A stretch of 64,000 nt of DNA, taken from contig NC_135808.1 of NCBI RefSeq assembly GCF_964213995.1, forward strand, positions 39,680,001-39,744,000. The letters are read 5' to 3'. Below are positions 44,650 to 57,569 of the stretch, in pieces (position 1 is the first letter of the stretch; each line of letters begins with the position of its first letter). Below the pieces are notes generated by a model. That model was not told the DNA's origin and did not search any database. It saw only the letters and a list, made by a program, of their open reading frames with translations. This DNA is from Mustelus asterias. Lineage: Eukaryota. The position numbers and the translations under genes were made by a program.

Positions 44650-47600
44650 ACACAGTAGTTAGAGGGTCACACGTCTGGCAGCTGTAAGCTGTAAGTTTTG
44701 CGATCTGAACTGGGGAAGGGGTGTGAGTACAGTATGACTGTGTAAAGAAACCATGCTGAGTACAAAGGGCCAGGAACGGAATGCTGGGTTGCTTTGTTCG
44801 TGGAGCAAAGAAAAAGATGCGTGGTACATAAAGACATTAAGGGTCAAGCTATGCTTAATGTAAGGGGTCGGGTTGAACTCTATGTGGGTAGCTGGGAACA
44901 TTTCCAATGCCCAGCATGTGTGCAGGAAATGTCTCCAGCTGCAGCTCTTGGAAGCCCATGTTTTGGAACTCGAGCGGCGACTGGGAACACCGTGGAGCAT
45001 CTACAAGGTGGAGAGTATCGTGGATAGCATGTATAGATAGGTGGCCACACCGCAGCCTCAGATTTCATAGGCAGGAAAGGATTGGGTGGCCACCAGGCAG
45101 AGCAAGGCAGGCAGTGCAGGAATCTCTGTGGCTATTCACCTGCAAAACAGATCGACCATTTTGGATACAGTCGAGGGGAATGGCCTTACAGAGGAAAGCA
45201 GCAACAGCCGTTGCATTACGGTTGGTTCTGCTGCAGAGGGGACGAGTAAAAAGTGTGGGAATGCAATAGTTATAGGGGATTCAATTGTAAGGTGTTTCTG
45301 TTGCTGCAAACGAGACTCCAGGATAGTATTTTGCCTCCCTGGTGCTGGGGTCAAGGATGTCTCTGAGCAGCTGCAGAACATTCTGAAGGGGGCGCGTGAA
45401 CAGCCAGTGATCGTATTAGACATTGGTGCAAACGACATAGGTAAACAAAAACGGATGAGGCCCTAAAAGCAGAGTATAGGGAGCGAGGAAACAAGCTGAA
45501 AAGTAGGACCTCAAAGGTAGTGATCACAAGATTTCTGCCTGTGTCACGTGCTAGTCAGAGTAGAAACAACAGGATACATGTGATGAATAGGTTGCTGTAA
45601 AGGTGGTGTGAGGGGCAGCGTTTCAGATTCCTCAGGCATTGGTACCGGTTTTTGGGCAGGATCGGGACTGATGTCCTTGGAGGGTGGGGGCGTACTTGCT
45701 AGAGTGGTTGGGGAGTGTTCAAACTAATATGGCAAGGGGATGGGAACCTTTGCAAGGATTCAGAGCAGGGGGAATTAAGAACAAGAAAAGAAAGTAAGGA
45801 GAATAAGGAAAGTGATAGGCAGAGAAATCAAGGGCTAAAGTCAATTAAGGACTGAGTAAAAAATAGTAGGAAAGTGAAAAGAAACATTAAAAGTGTCTAC
45901 CTTAATGTTTTGTACCTGAATGCTCAGAGCATTCAAAACAAAATGGATGAATGAGTTGCACAGATAGATGTAAAGGCATATGATATAGTTGGCAGTACGG
46001 AGACCTGGCTCCAAGGTGAGCAAGGATGGAACTAAAGATTGAGGGCTATTCAGTGTTTAGGAAGGACAGATGGAAAGAAAAAGGTGGTGGAGTTGCATTG
46101 TTGATTAAAGATGACATTGAACAAAACAAAGAACAAAGAACAATACAGCACAGGAACAGGCCCTTCGGCCGTCCAAGCCCGCGCCGCTCCCTGGTCCAAA
46201 CTAGACCATTCTTTTGTATCCCTCCATTCCCACTCCGTTCATATGGCTGATATGACGATATTGAGAAAATAGATGAGCATAGATGATGTGGAATATGTAT
46301 CAGTCGAGTTCAAAAATAACTAGGGGCAAAAAACATTGATGGGGGTGGTATACAGATCACCAAACCAGTCGTAATGTTGGGAAAAGCATTAGACAGGAAA
46401 TCGGAGATGTGCAGTGTTAAAGGAACATCTGTGATTCTGGGCAACTTTAATCTGCATATGGTATGGGAGGGTCGAATTAGAGGAGGAATTTCCAGAATGC
46501 ATACTGGATGGTTTTCTGGAGCAATACGTTGAGGAACCAGCAAGGGATCAGGCCATATTCGATTGGGTGTTGTGCAATGAGAAATCGAGTTGTGAGAGAA
46601 CCCTAAGGCAGGAGTAACCATAATATGGTAGATTTATTTGTCAAAGTGGATAATGATGTTGTTGATTCTGAGACGAGGGTCCTGAATCACAATAAAGGTA
46701 ATTATGATGATATGAGGCACGAATTGGCGTGACAGATTGGGAAACATTACTGAAAGGAAAGACAGTGGACAGGCAATGGCAGACATTTAAAGAACGAATA
46801 AGTGAACTCCAGAAGTTGTTTATTCCTGCTTGGCGCAAGAGTGGTGAGGGAATTGTGACCAAACTATGGCTTACAAGGGACATTAGAGAGAGTTTCAGAT
46901 TCAAGGAAGAAGCATACAAATTGGCAAGACAAAGCAATGGGCCTGAGGATTTGGAGCAGTTTAAAATTCAGCAAAGGGGAACCAAGAGATTGATTAAGAA
47001 GGGAATAATGGAGTATGAAAGTAAACCAGCAGGGAACATAAAAACTGACTGTAAAAGGTTTTATGGATATGCAGAGAGAAAAAGATTGACAAAAATGAAT
47101 GTAGAATCATAAAATCCTACAGTGCAGAAGGGGGTCATTTGACCCATCGAGTCTGTACCGACCACAATCCCACCCAGGCCCTATCCCCATAACCCCATGT
47201 ATTTACCCTAGATGGTCCCCCTGATACTAAGGGACAATTTAGCTTGGCCAATCCACCTGACCCGCACATCTTTGGATTGTAGGCCCCTTACAGTTTTGAT
47301 GTCCTTATCTGAGGAAGGATGTCCTTGGTATAGAGGGAGTACAGCAAAGGTTTACCAGGCTGAATCTTGGGATGGCCGGTCTGTCATATAAGGAGAACTA
47401 AGTTGATTAGGATTATATTCACTGGAATTTGGAAAGATGAATGGGGATCTTATGGAAACCTATTATATTCTAACAGGGTTGGACAGGGTGGATTCAGAAA
47501 GAATGCTCCCAATGGTGGGGGAGTCCAGACCTAGGGGTCATAATTTGAGGATAAGTGGGTAAACCTTCTAGAACTGAGGTGAGGAGAAATTTCTTCACCC

Positions 47601-47830
47601 AGAGGGTGGTAAATGTGTGGGATTCACGGATGTAGTTGAGGCCAAAAAGTTGTCTGATTTCAAGATGAAATTATTTATAGCTCTTGGGGCTCAAGGGATC
47701 AAGGGATATAGGATGAAGGAGGCTTAGGATATTGAAGTTGATGATTAGCCATGATCAAAATGAATGACAGGGCAGGCTTGAAGGGCTGAATGGCCCACTC
47801 CGGCTTCTAGTTTCTATGTTTTTATGATTC
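44650..47830 (+). mobile_element. Long decayed CR1 (ORF1, APE, 3' end) with nested CR1 tail (~46118-46250) and minus-strand SINE piece (~47102-47280)
   Basis: IVIGDSIVR..FCLPGAGV..IGANDIG; FRKDR..GGGVALLIK; tail TTTCTATGTTTTTATG. Confidence 0.85.
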
Positions 47831-47959
47831 TCGAACCAGCTTATGGAGCAGAGCAAAGAAAGCTTCGTGGCAAAGGAAGGCCTTGAAGGACCAGACTATA
47901 CAAAAGTGCAGATAGTTTGGGCACATGGAATCCTTGATAAAGGATTTTTTAAAAAGCCA

Positions 47960-48382
47960 TGATGTGGAGATGCCAGCGTTGGACTAGGATGGGCAGAATA
48001 AATTAAAGTTAACGTTTATTAATTAGTCACAAGTAAGGATTGCATTAACACTGCAATGAAGTTACTGTGAAATTCCCATTAGTCACCACACTCCTCTGCC
48101 TGTTCGGGTCAATGCACCTAACCAGCACATCTTTCAGAATGTGGGAGGAAAGTGGAGCACCCGGAGGAAACCCATGCAGACACGGGGAGAACATGCAAAC
48201 TTCACACAGACAGTGACCCAAGCCAGGAATTGAACCTGGGTCCCTGGCTCTGTCAGGCAGCAGTGCTAACCACTGTGCCATCATGCCACCCCCAGTTAGA
48301 ATCTCCCAACTCCAGGTTAAAGTCCAACAGGTTTATTTGGAATCACGAGCTTTCGGAGCGTTGCTGCTTCATCAGGTAAGTG
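47960..48382 (-). mobile_element. PLE terminal repeat fragment split by a minus-strand SINE (~48003-48289)
   Basis: TGATGTGGAGATGCC.. and ..CCAGGTTAAAGTCCAACAGGTTTATTTGG flank the reverse-complement SINE; decayed hammerhead motif ~48343-48380. Confidence 0.75.
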
Positions 48383-49749
48383 GAAAAAAAAGTGAAGTGA
48401 AGGGACGGTGTTAGTCCCAGCGTAGGAGTCTCCATTGAGAGACTTGGGAGAGGAGCAGGAAGAGGTCAGTGAGGGGCAGGTGTCACTCAGCAAGTGACTG
48501 AAGACTCCAACGTAGTAATTTCTGAAGAGGGGAGTTAAGAGTTCAGAGAAGAAAGGGTTAAAGAAACAAGCATGAAACGAGATTTCTGTGAGAGAGTGTG
48601 TGAGATTGGTTAGGCTGGAGCACCATCGTGGAGTGGAGTAGACTAGAGTAAGGCAGGTAGTGTAATTTTGTCAGTAGTTAATAATTAGCTTGACGAAAAA
48701 AAGTGAAGAACTTATTATACTCACAAAACTAAACGCAAATAAGTAATATTGCCTTCAATATTACGATTTGCATTTGTTTGTGCGAGTATAATAAATTACT
48801 GTCCCCTCAGTTGAGATTTTACGAGAGTGAGATTGATGCAGTGTTAAAATCCAATAAGTTCTTGAAATTCCTTCATTTTGAAAATGGTGAAAGGCCAAGA
48901 TCATTTTCAAAAGAAAAGATAATATTCCGACAGAGATTTCAGTTCTGCCATGTTGGAAAAGGAAATTTATGAGCAGATAAATTTCAAAATGGTTTTTGTT
49001 ACATCTGAAAAGTGATAACGAGAGTTAGCTATTCAGTAAAGAGTTTATTTGATTTTATATCATTCCAAGCCTTAGAGCAGAATGGTCAAAATAATTAAAC
49101 ATGTAAATTTAAAGCTTAGACTGGAGGGAGTGTAAAATAAATCTTGTTTTGGATTAACGGTACAATTGGCAATGAAAACATGATTTTAGAGTTAGGTTCT
49201 CAGAAGGGAGTCAGTATGGAGTGTTGAATGCTGACCAAAAAAACATTGATGACATCATGACGTCCATTTGAGAAAACGTACATCGTCTCTGTTGACCTAA
49301 GCAGGTAATTAACCCATCCTGTCCCAGACAGTTTGGTTTTGTGTGTTTTAAAGATTTGCATTGTTATCTCAAATTAAAATCTACAGAGCGGGGATTTAGT
49401 GAGGAGTTACATAAGATAGAATGTGAGGAGAAGTTCGAGCTTATATTCACCTGTTTTGAACAACTGTTGTAAATTTTGAATATGGAAAGGTTGAAAACTG
49501 TATCCAATTCAGTTTAGACTCAAACGGAAATAATCCAAGAGAATAAATGAACTCTAAAGGAAAGTGAACAGGGTAAAAACAGAGACATTATAGAAGAGAT
49601 GATAGTGCACAGAGTACGACAGATTTAAAGATGGGATTCATTTGATGGATACAGAGATGGGCAGAATTGATAATAGCAGATCAAACAGCCCAAGATGACA
49701 AATATTCAGGACACTACATACCAGGCTTTTCTAGTTGGGAGGTAAGGGA

Positions 49750-50600
49750 GCAGTTTCACAACAGTGAGGCCTGTTTAGGAAGGTAAAACTATATGAATGG
49801 GTATGCACCAGTTAATAACCTAATGCGATCAGCTCCTCGTCGAGCTTTAAAGCAGCCAACGCCAAAACCAAGAGGAATCCATTGCACAGAGTATTTGGGA
49901 GGTCCTAGGAAAAACTTAGGTGTCAGCAAATGTAATTAGAAGTAAGCCCAAGGAGTGTGCTATGCCTGAGTCCACCAAGTAATGACCAGTCATTCAATAC
50001 ATAACATTTATCCAACTTTAAATGGTACATATTGGATTTGTGGAGATCGAGCATATGCTTGGCTTCCTGTTGGATGGAAGGGACCTTGTTACCGTGGAGA
50101 TGTAATTCCGTGCATATATCATGTTCCTGAACTCCCTCATCTGCCAAGACATCAGCGAGCGATTACAGAAATAACGGGTTTTTGGAATAACGTTTCCCCA
50201 ATATGGCTAAAACAAAGCGAGAGATTATAGTATGCACTCCATTTTAGAACAAGTTGCCAATGACACAGCAACTGTCCTTGCTAAGATCAATGATGTGATA
50301 GTTGCCCTGTGTACTGTGGTACTTCAAAATAGCATTGCATTATATCTTGGCAGCAGAGGGAGGGAATGTGCAGTAATCAAATCAGAGTGTTGCACGTACA
50401 TACCAGATAGTTCAGAAAACATTAGTAATCTGGTTGGATACACCAAAGACCCTGAACTATTTACCTTAGGTGGTTGGCTCTCAGGCTGGCTAGACTCTTT
50501 GGGAACATCGATTCTGCAAGTGATTATATAATTTTCATTGTGATCTTAGTGTAATTAGTAATTGTATACCTGATGAAATGTGGATGTGCACGACTTTCTA
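49750..50600 (+). pseudogene. env: env remnant of the second ERV
   Basis: NGTYWICGDRAYAWLPVGWKGPCY, RHQR cleavage site, VLQNSIAL ISD, CAVIKSECC (CX6CC), TM segment. Confidence 0.85.
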
Positions 50601-53600
50601 AGTCCATGGAAAGCACAGCATTCGTGATGACAGTCAGAAAAGGGAAAAAAGCCTATCAGAAGGCAGGTCATCCACAGGGATTCAAGAATGTTTATTGGGA
50701 TGCATCTATTTAGTGGTCTAATCTTGAGTTGGCTAAGGACCACAGCGGGGACTGTAGCAGGGGATGCCGAAACCCCTGCTGTGGAGGAGCCTTTGAAACA
50801 AATTAGACTAATATACAATAGGGACCATAATGTGCCTCATACATACCAAAGGTATCACGATGTGCCTCCTACATATATTATACGAAGGTATTGGCTAAAA
50901 CTCAATATAATCAATAATGCTGATGTTTTTTCCCTTTAAACTGTCTGCAGACTGCCCTCCTCACCAGTTAGTATTTATTTCCAATTAAAAATCTGTTACA
51001 AATTCTTTCTTACATAGTGGCAAAGAAATTAGTTCTGAACAGATGTTAGATGCTTCATTTCACTTGCCCTTTTCCCATCTCTTAGTTCCAGTTTATGTGG
51101 AGAATAGTTGCAATCTACCTTGAATCTGCTGCCACACTTTCTTCACATCTCATATTTTATTTACATCTCCATTCCCCTCAGCCCCTCTCCCACTGTGAGG
51201 TAGGCTCGATGGAATGATCTTGAGACTTTGATTTTTGATAGGCAGGGATCCTTGCTTCTCAGTGACATCTGTTTCATTCATGGCAAAACAAATCGGCAAC
51301 AAATGATTGGCAATTGTTCCAACTTCGGTCTTTAATTGTCTTCATGGGATTTGGGCTGCCTTCTCGCAGCAACAATTGGTTTCCCACTCACACTTGTTGT
51401 TGAGACTGTTCTGTTGAGCTGCCTGACTGAACTGCTGCAGTCCACTTGGTTCAGTGACACCCATCGTGCCAGAAGGAAGGGAATTTCGAGCTTTGACCCA
51501 GTGATGATGTAGGAGTGAGGATATGTCAAAATTCTGTGTGTATCGTAGGGTAACTTGCAGATTATGCTGCCCCTATCCTTCCAGGTGACAGGTTTCATCG
51601 TTTCAGAAAGTTTTGAAGGAATCTTGGCTCATTGTTCTAATGGATGATCCACATTAGGGATGGGAGTGAATGTTAAAGGCGGTGGATTGTGTACAGATCC
51701 AGCGAGGAGCCTTTTCTGACATGGTGTTCAGCCTGTTTGTTGCTGGAGATGGACTGTTCTGCTTGAAATCTATTGAGTAAAATGACAAAAAGCTGACTCA
51801 GTTATGGACATTGGCTGACAAAATTAACTGGAAAACACATGATTCAGAAGATTGAGGATAAGAGTCACAGTCATGAAGAATATCATGGTATGGTTATGCC
51901 AGTATAATGTAATGTGAAATGTAATGACATGCTTACAAAATTAGGAGTGGGGGAAATGTGGAGATAGTAATCCAGCAGAGGATAGAAACATAAAGTGAAT
52001 GGCAGCGATGAACAGAGTGAGACAGATTTACAGAGAGAGGGGGTGGAAAAACGGATCAAGAGTGGTGAAGGAGATCAGGGCGTGGGGGAAAGAAATCAGT
52101 GGTTGGGGAATGAGATCAGAGTGTGGGGGGGGGGGGGGCGGAGATCATGGATTGGGGAAGGAGATCAAGGGGTGAGGGAAGGTGACCCGGGTGTGGGGAC
52201 CAAGCGAGAGAGAGAGAGGGGGGGAGGGAGGAATAGTAACGTCATTGAATTGAACGAACAAGAAAAACATATACTGTACTCGAGTGAGAGAGAAAGAGGG
52301 AATTTGAAAGGGTGACACACTGGTAAAGCAGAAACAGAGAGGGAGCAAGACTTAAAATGTGACAGCGAGTAAAGAAACAGACAAGTAAATCAACCTGAAG
52401 AAATTGAGACAGAATCAGGCCGAAAGAAATTGACACTGAGAGGCAATTAGATCAAATCTCTCCTTCCCCACGCACTTTAATATTCATCCAACTAACATTG
52501 ATTGCTGGTGAGATCCTGGTTGGATTTTAATCAGTCTTTTGAATGGTGGAGATTTTGTTCCAAAAGATCAGATTTGAGGCAAGTACTCACTCCATCGTCC
52601 TTCACCCCCATCCCTGATCTCATTCCCCAACCCCTGATCCCCTTCTGTACACCTTGATTTCCTTTGTCACCACTGATCAGTTTTACACCTGCTGATCCGT
52701 TTTACACCGACTGATCAGTTTTACACCCTTTGATCTTCTTCCCCTCCCCTGATCTCCTTCCACCGCCCCAGACCCATTTTCCCAACTCTTGATCATGTTC
52801 CTCACCCTGACATCCACCCTACAACCACTAATCCATTTTTCCACCCACTGTTCCATCTCCCCAATCCCTGATCTATTTTCTCCTTTCACTGGTTCCCTTC
52901 CACTCCCACTAAATCACATGCCCTCCTCCGATCATTTCACAAGCTGAAACTGTTCCCCAACCCACTGATCCACTTCACCATCCTGACCCTCCTTCCCTCT
53001 GCATGCTGTGAAAATCTTGGCACACTGTTAAACCTTTTGTGACACAAAAGCACTTTCTCTATGAAAGAAACATCTTACTTCATCAATCCATTCATCATGG
53101 ACCACTTAACCATCCACGAAAACCCTTCTCTAAACACAACTTTTTTTCACCCACTGGAGTGTGTCCTCTCGTCGATTAACCATTCTCCTCCTACTAACCC
53201 TCCCCCTCCTCCCACTGAACCCTTCCCCACCCTCTGAACCTTCAGCTCCTGAACCATTTTCTCAGCCATTGAAATCGTTGCTCTGCCCATGAAGCAGGTC
53301 TGCCTGGTGAACCCCTTACCCTCCCTATGAATCCCTTCCCTGTATCCCGAAACAACTCCCCAGCTCCTGAATCAGTCTCCCTGGAATCTTCAACCACGTC
53401 CAGACCCTCAAATCCTTCTCCACACTGCGGGATTTGTGAGATAACTTGAACTTTGGTCAGAGTGCTGATCGTGTGGGACTCCTGTCTAATATCAGTCCAT
53501 TTCTAAAAGGGTTATTCGGAACTTTGTGTTTCCCTGCATTGACCTCCCCTTCCATTTCCTGGAATTCGCACATCTGTTCCCAGCCTCATTCCACCTCAGG

Positions 53601-54649
53601 CATCTTTTTTACCTGACCGGAAGGAGAAACAAAACAGGGATATGAAGCAGTGATCAATACAAAAAAAAATATTTCTGATTGCAACCAATTATTCAGATAG
53701 CAGAAATATAAGATCAGAGTTTAGGTGATCCAAACAATCAAACAGAGCCTGTTTCCCGAGAATGAAGCTTTTATGAAGTGAAAATATGGAGATCTCGGGC
53801 TGCTGGCAATTCGTCACTGGATCTTTCACTCTGCTGATGAAAACATTGGGTAAGTCATGTGCAGTCTTAACAGAGTCAATGTTCAGGGGCACAGTCATCT
53901 TGACTCTTTCCCCCTCGCATCTTCAAATGTCATTGCCCGCTAAAATTCAAATAAACAATGAAGTGATTGATACTGCACACGATGGAGGGCGAACAATGAG
54001 TAAACCCAAGGCTGAGTCTGTCAGTGTCTCTGTGGCAAACTCTGCAGCACGCCGCAACATTAACTCCCCTTTGATAAGAATATAACCACACCAACCAAGC
54101 TGACAGACCCACTGTCTGCCCCGACGCCACCAGTATTGTTCCCAATTCCTCACCTGGGAGATCTGACAATGAGAATGTGTGTGTGTGTGGTGGTGGTGGG
54201 GTGGATGGGGCCAATGGGTGGGGTGGTTGGGGAGGGGCTGAAGGAGCTCCTGATCCTCTCCTCACACACAATCCGCATGTTCATACTCTGCAGTAGGTAG
54301 TAATGACCAAAAGCAGCAACTCTGATTTCTCCCTCTTTGATACTTGGGACTGATGCCAATTGCAGAGTGTCCCATTTGAATCAATGCTCCGTCTGAGATC
54401 CAACCATTTGGTCCCGCTAAGTAATTTGTTTTAATTGTGGGTCTGTTTTCATCTGCTCCCAACACCCGCCATCTCCTTGACCCATCCAGATAGTGACTAA
54501 CCCGTCAGAGGATTTATCCATCGAACTGGTTTACCTTGACTTCTTCAATCTTTTTCATAATCTCACAATAACCTGAATCCATAATATTTCTGACAGCAAT
54601 ATCTGGCCTCGCTTCCAGAGGTAAAACCAATAAGAGCCTTCCTTTTCAG

Positions 54650-55266
54650 GTCCCTGGTGCCTCACAGCACCAGGGACCCGCGTTCAATTCCGGCCTTTGT
54701 TCACTGTCTGTGTGGAGGTTGCATGTTCTCCCTGTGTCTACATGGGTTTCTGTTTTCCCCCACAGTCCAAACATGGGCAGGTTAGATGAATTGGACATGC
54801 TAAAATGCCTGTTAGTGTCCAAAGATATGTAGATTTAGGGGATTAGTGAGGTAAATGTTGGGAGTTATGAGGATAGCACGTGGGATGGGCTTACAGAGAG
54901 TCTATGCAGAATCATAGAATCCGCACAGTGCAGTGGGTGGCCATTCGGCCCATCGAACCTTTTCAAGCTACAATCCCACCCAGACCCTATACCCGTAATT
55001 CCACATATTTATCCCTGACAATATGGGGCAATATAGCAAGCCAATCAACTTGACCTGCATATCTTTAGAGTGTGGGTGGAAACCGGAGCACCTTGAAGAA
55101 ATCCATGCAGACACAGGGAGAACGTGCAACCTCTACACAGTCAGTCAAAGCCTAAATTGAACCTGGGTCCCCGGTACTGTGAGACAGTAGTACTAACCAA
55201 TGTGACACAGTGCCATGCAAAATGGGCTGAATGGCCTCTTTCAATACTGTAGGGATTCTGTGAGTC
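54650..55266. mobile_element. Plus-strand SINE with a minus-strand SINE nested in its tail
   Basis: Insert ~54913-55215 flanked by ATGCAGAAT/ATGCAAAAT; outer tail resumes at ~55222. Confidence 0.75.
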
Positions 55267-55617
55267 CATGTTGTGAACATACAAAATGCCTGTTCCTGGA
55301 TCATGGCCCAAAGTTTATAATTTGTTCCATTTGAATCCTTAGAGCTTTTCTGGCTCAACTGGCTGTTCCTAATGTGTGTTATTCATCCGTGTTGAAACCT
55401 TTGACTAAATTTTATGTTGGATCATATTCAGCTCCTTTGAGTACTATTGTGACGCAGAGGTGGATCCCCCCCCCCTCCTCCCCAATCTGAGAACGAACCA
55501 CTCAAAGAGGGATACCTCGCCTCATAATCTGTAAAAATGAGTGTGAAGTGGTAAAATCCACTCTTCAGCAACATTTAGTGGTTAAATCAAAATAACTCCC
55601 TGACACTCTCTAAAGTC

Positions 55618-56115
55618 ATGATGTGGCGATGCCGGCATTGGACTGGGGTAAACACAATAAGAAGTCTCACAACACCAGGTTCAAGTCCAACAGGTTTATT
55701 TGTAGCAAAAGCCACAACCTTTCAGAGCGCTCGCTGCTCCTTCGTCAGGTGAGTGGGAGTTCTGTTCACAAACAGGGCATATAAAGACACAAACTGATTT
55801 GACAAAATAATGGTTGGAATGCGAGTCTTTACAGCTAATTAAGTCTTAAAGGTACAGACAATGTGAGTGGAGAGAGGGTTAAGGACAGATTAAAGAGATG
55901 TGTATTGTCTCCAGACAGGACAGTTAGTGAGATTTTGCAAGTCCAGGCAAGTCGTGGGGTTTACAGATAGTGTGACATGAACCCAAGATCGCGGTTGAAG
56001 CCGTCCTCATGTGTGCGGAACTTGACTACCAATCTCTGCGCAGCGACTCTGCGTTGTCGTGTCATGAAGGCCGCCTTGGAGAACGCTTACCCGAAGATCA
56101 GAGGCCGAATGCCCC
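55618..56115 (-). mobile_element. Penelope-like element 3' end
   Basis: Matches 14706-15200; hammerhead-like CTGACGA...GAAA at ~55711-55757. Confidence 0.85.
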
Positions 56116-57239
56116 TGGTAAGGAGCAATTCTGTGTACCTGGCAGGAAGCCATACCCACTCGCAGTATACATTAATAATTTAGCCAGTTTACAATACAAT
56201 ACCCTGCATGTAATGGTTTAAGCATCAATTGATTGCCATTACCAATTTTAAACTGGGATCCTAATTGGAAATGTTCCACTTTCATGCTCCTCAATGAAGA
56301 AAATGATTAGTCATCAATAATTTGTGAAAAGCAGGCCAACATTCTGTTGGGTTCAGTACTCAAAGTATATATAAGATCTGCAGAGAGGTTTTAACTTCAC
56401 CAAAGAGTGAAGTTAGAAACAACCCCCATTCTAATGGAAGATTCTTCAGTGGACATACAGCCTGTCTAAATTGGTTCTGTGTTTATTCGGAGAGGATTAT
56501 GATGGATACAACAAGCATGAGTGGGAGAAGTGCATTTAAAACAAAACACAAGCAACATCATGTCTCAGATGGGTTTGAGCTTAAATTAAATCTTTATCCT
56601 GATCAATTATGATCTGAAACTGAACTGTCCATTTCTGACAAGTTAGATATCTGTCTGCTGGCAATATTAGTGCACACACATGCTGTATACTTGGGTGATA
56701 GTCCCGGTCTGCTGTTTTAATTGAGACATTAACTTATTTATTCTCAATGGCTTATCTCATTCCTTAAAATCGTGAACAGAGGACTATCATTGACAACACA
56801 TTCAGGATTTGTGCACTGACATTGCCAACAGACAAATTGCCCAACTATTTCAATAAGATTACAATTAAATCTCTCTTAACCATTGTACTAAATACTCAAA
56901 TTAGTCACTGTGAACTTTGTCACCGTGCATTGTCTTCCTGTAAATACCACCTGAGTGCAGCTCTCATTATCAGTACAGCACATCGTCCAGCATCTGCAGC
57001 AACACGACACTAAAAAAAAATAAACAATGCAGAAAATGCAACAATCAGCATCCAAAACTTAAAATCCAAAATATTACCTCAAGAAGGAATTTAACAATAA
57101 AGTCTGCAAAGATTGATATCATTATGACATGTATAATCAACCAGAACGAGGACACTGGACAACTCACTAACCCATTATTCAACAAATGTATGGGGGGGAG
57201 GAAAAGAATTAAGAGGGAGAGAAAATATGGACGGGAGCT

Positions 57240-57530
57240 AGGGCAGCATAGTGGTTAGCACTGCTGCCTCACAGCGCCAAGACCCGTGTTCAATTCTGGC
57301 CTCTGGTCACTGTCTCTGTGGAGTTTGCACATTGTTCCTGTGCCTGTGTGGGTTTCCTCTTGGTGATCCGATTCCTCCCACAGTCCAAAGATATGCGTGT
57401 TAAATTGATTGGCCATGCTAAATTGACCCTCGTGTCAGGGGGATTAACAGGGTAAATACGTGGGTTTATGGGCGTTGGGCCTGGATGGGATTGTGATCTG
57501 TCCAGCCTCCTTCTGCACTGCATGGACTGT
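57240..57530 (+). mobile_element. tRNA-derived SINE
   Basis: GTGGTTAGCACTGCTGCCTCACAGCGCC head and V-core. Confidence 0.8.
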
Positions 57531-57569
57531 ATGTATGTAATCTGCAATTACTCTACCCAACTTCGCAAC

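Larger units (their letters stand above)
43659..50940 (+). mobile_element. Second, older ERV (5' LTR 43659-44564; truncated 3' LTR from 50753)
   Basis: Both LTRs begin TGTAGCAGGGGATG..GAAACCCCTGC; PBS after the first, env and G-rich tract before the second. Confidence 0.8.

Noticed and set aside
52000-53400. Gly/Glu-rich ORFs and inverted GATCAGGG/CCCTGATC blocks
   Set aside because: Degenerate purine/pyrimidine low-complexity satellite; no coding signature.
53596-54160. Possible minus-strand mini-exons (9-nt ATCTCCCAG near 54152-54160; terminal GKKDA* at 53596-53612 after a pyrimidine tract)
   Set aside because: Splice-like motifs only; no protein homology or linking exons, and CAG|GT could be read as donor or acceptor.
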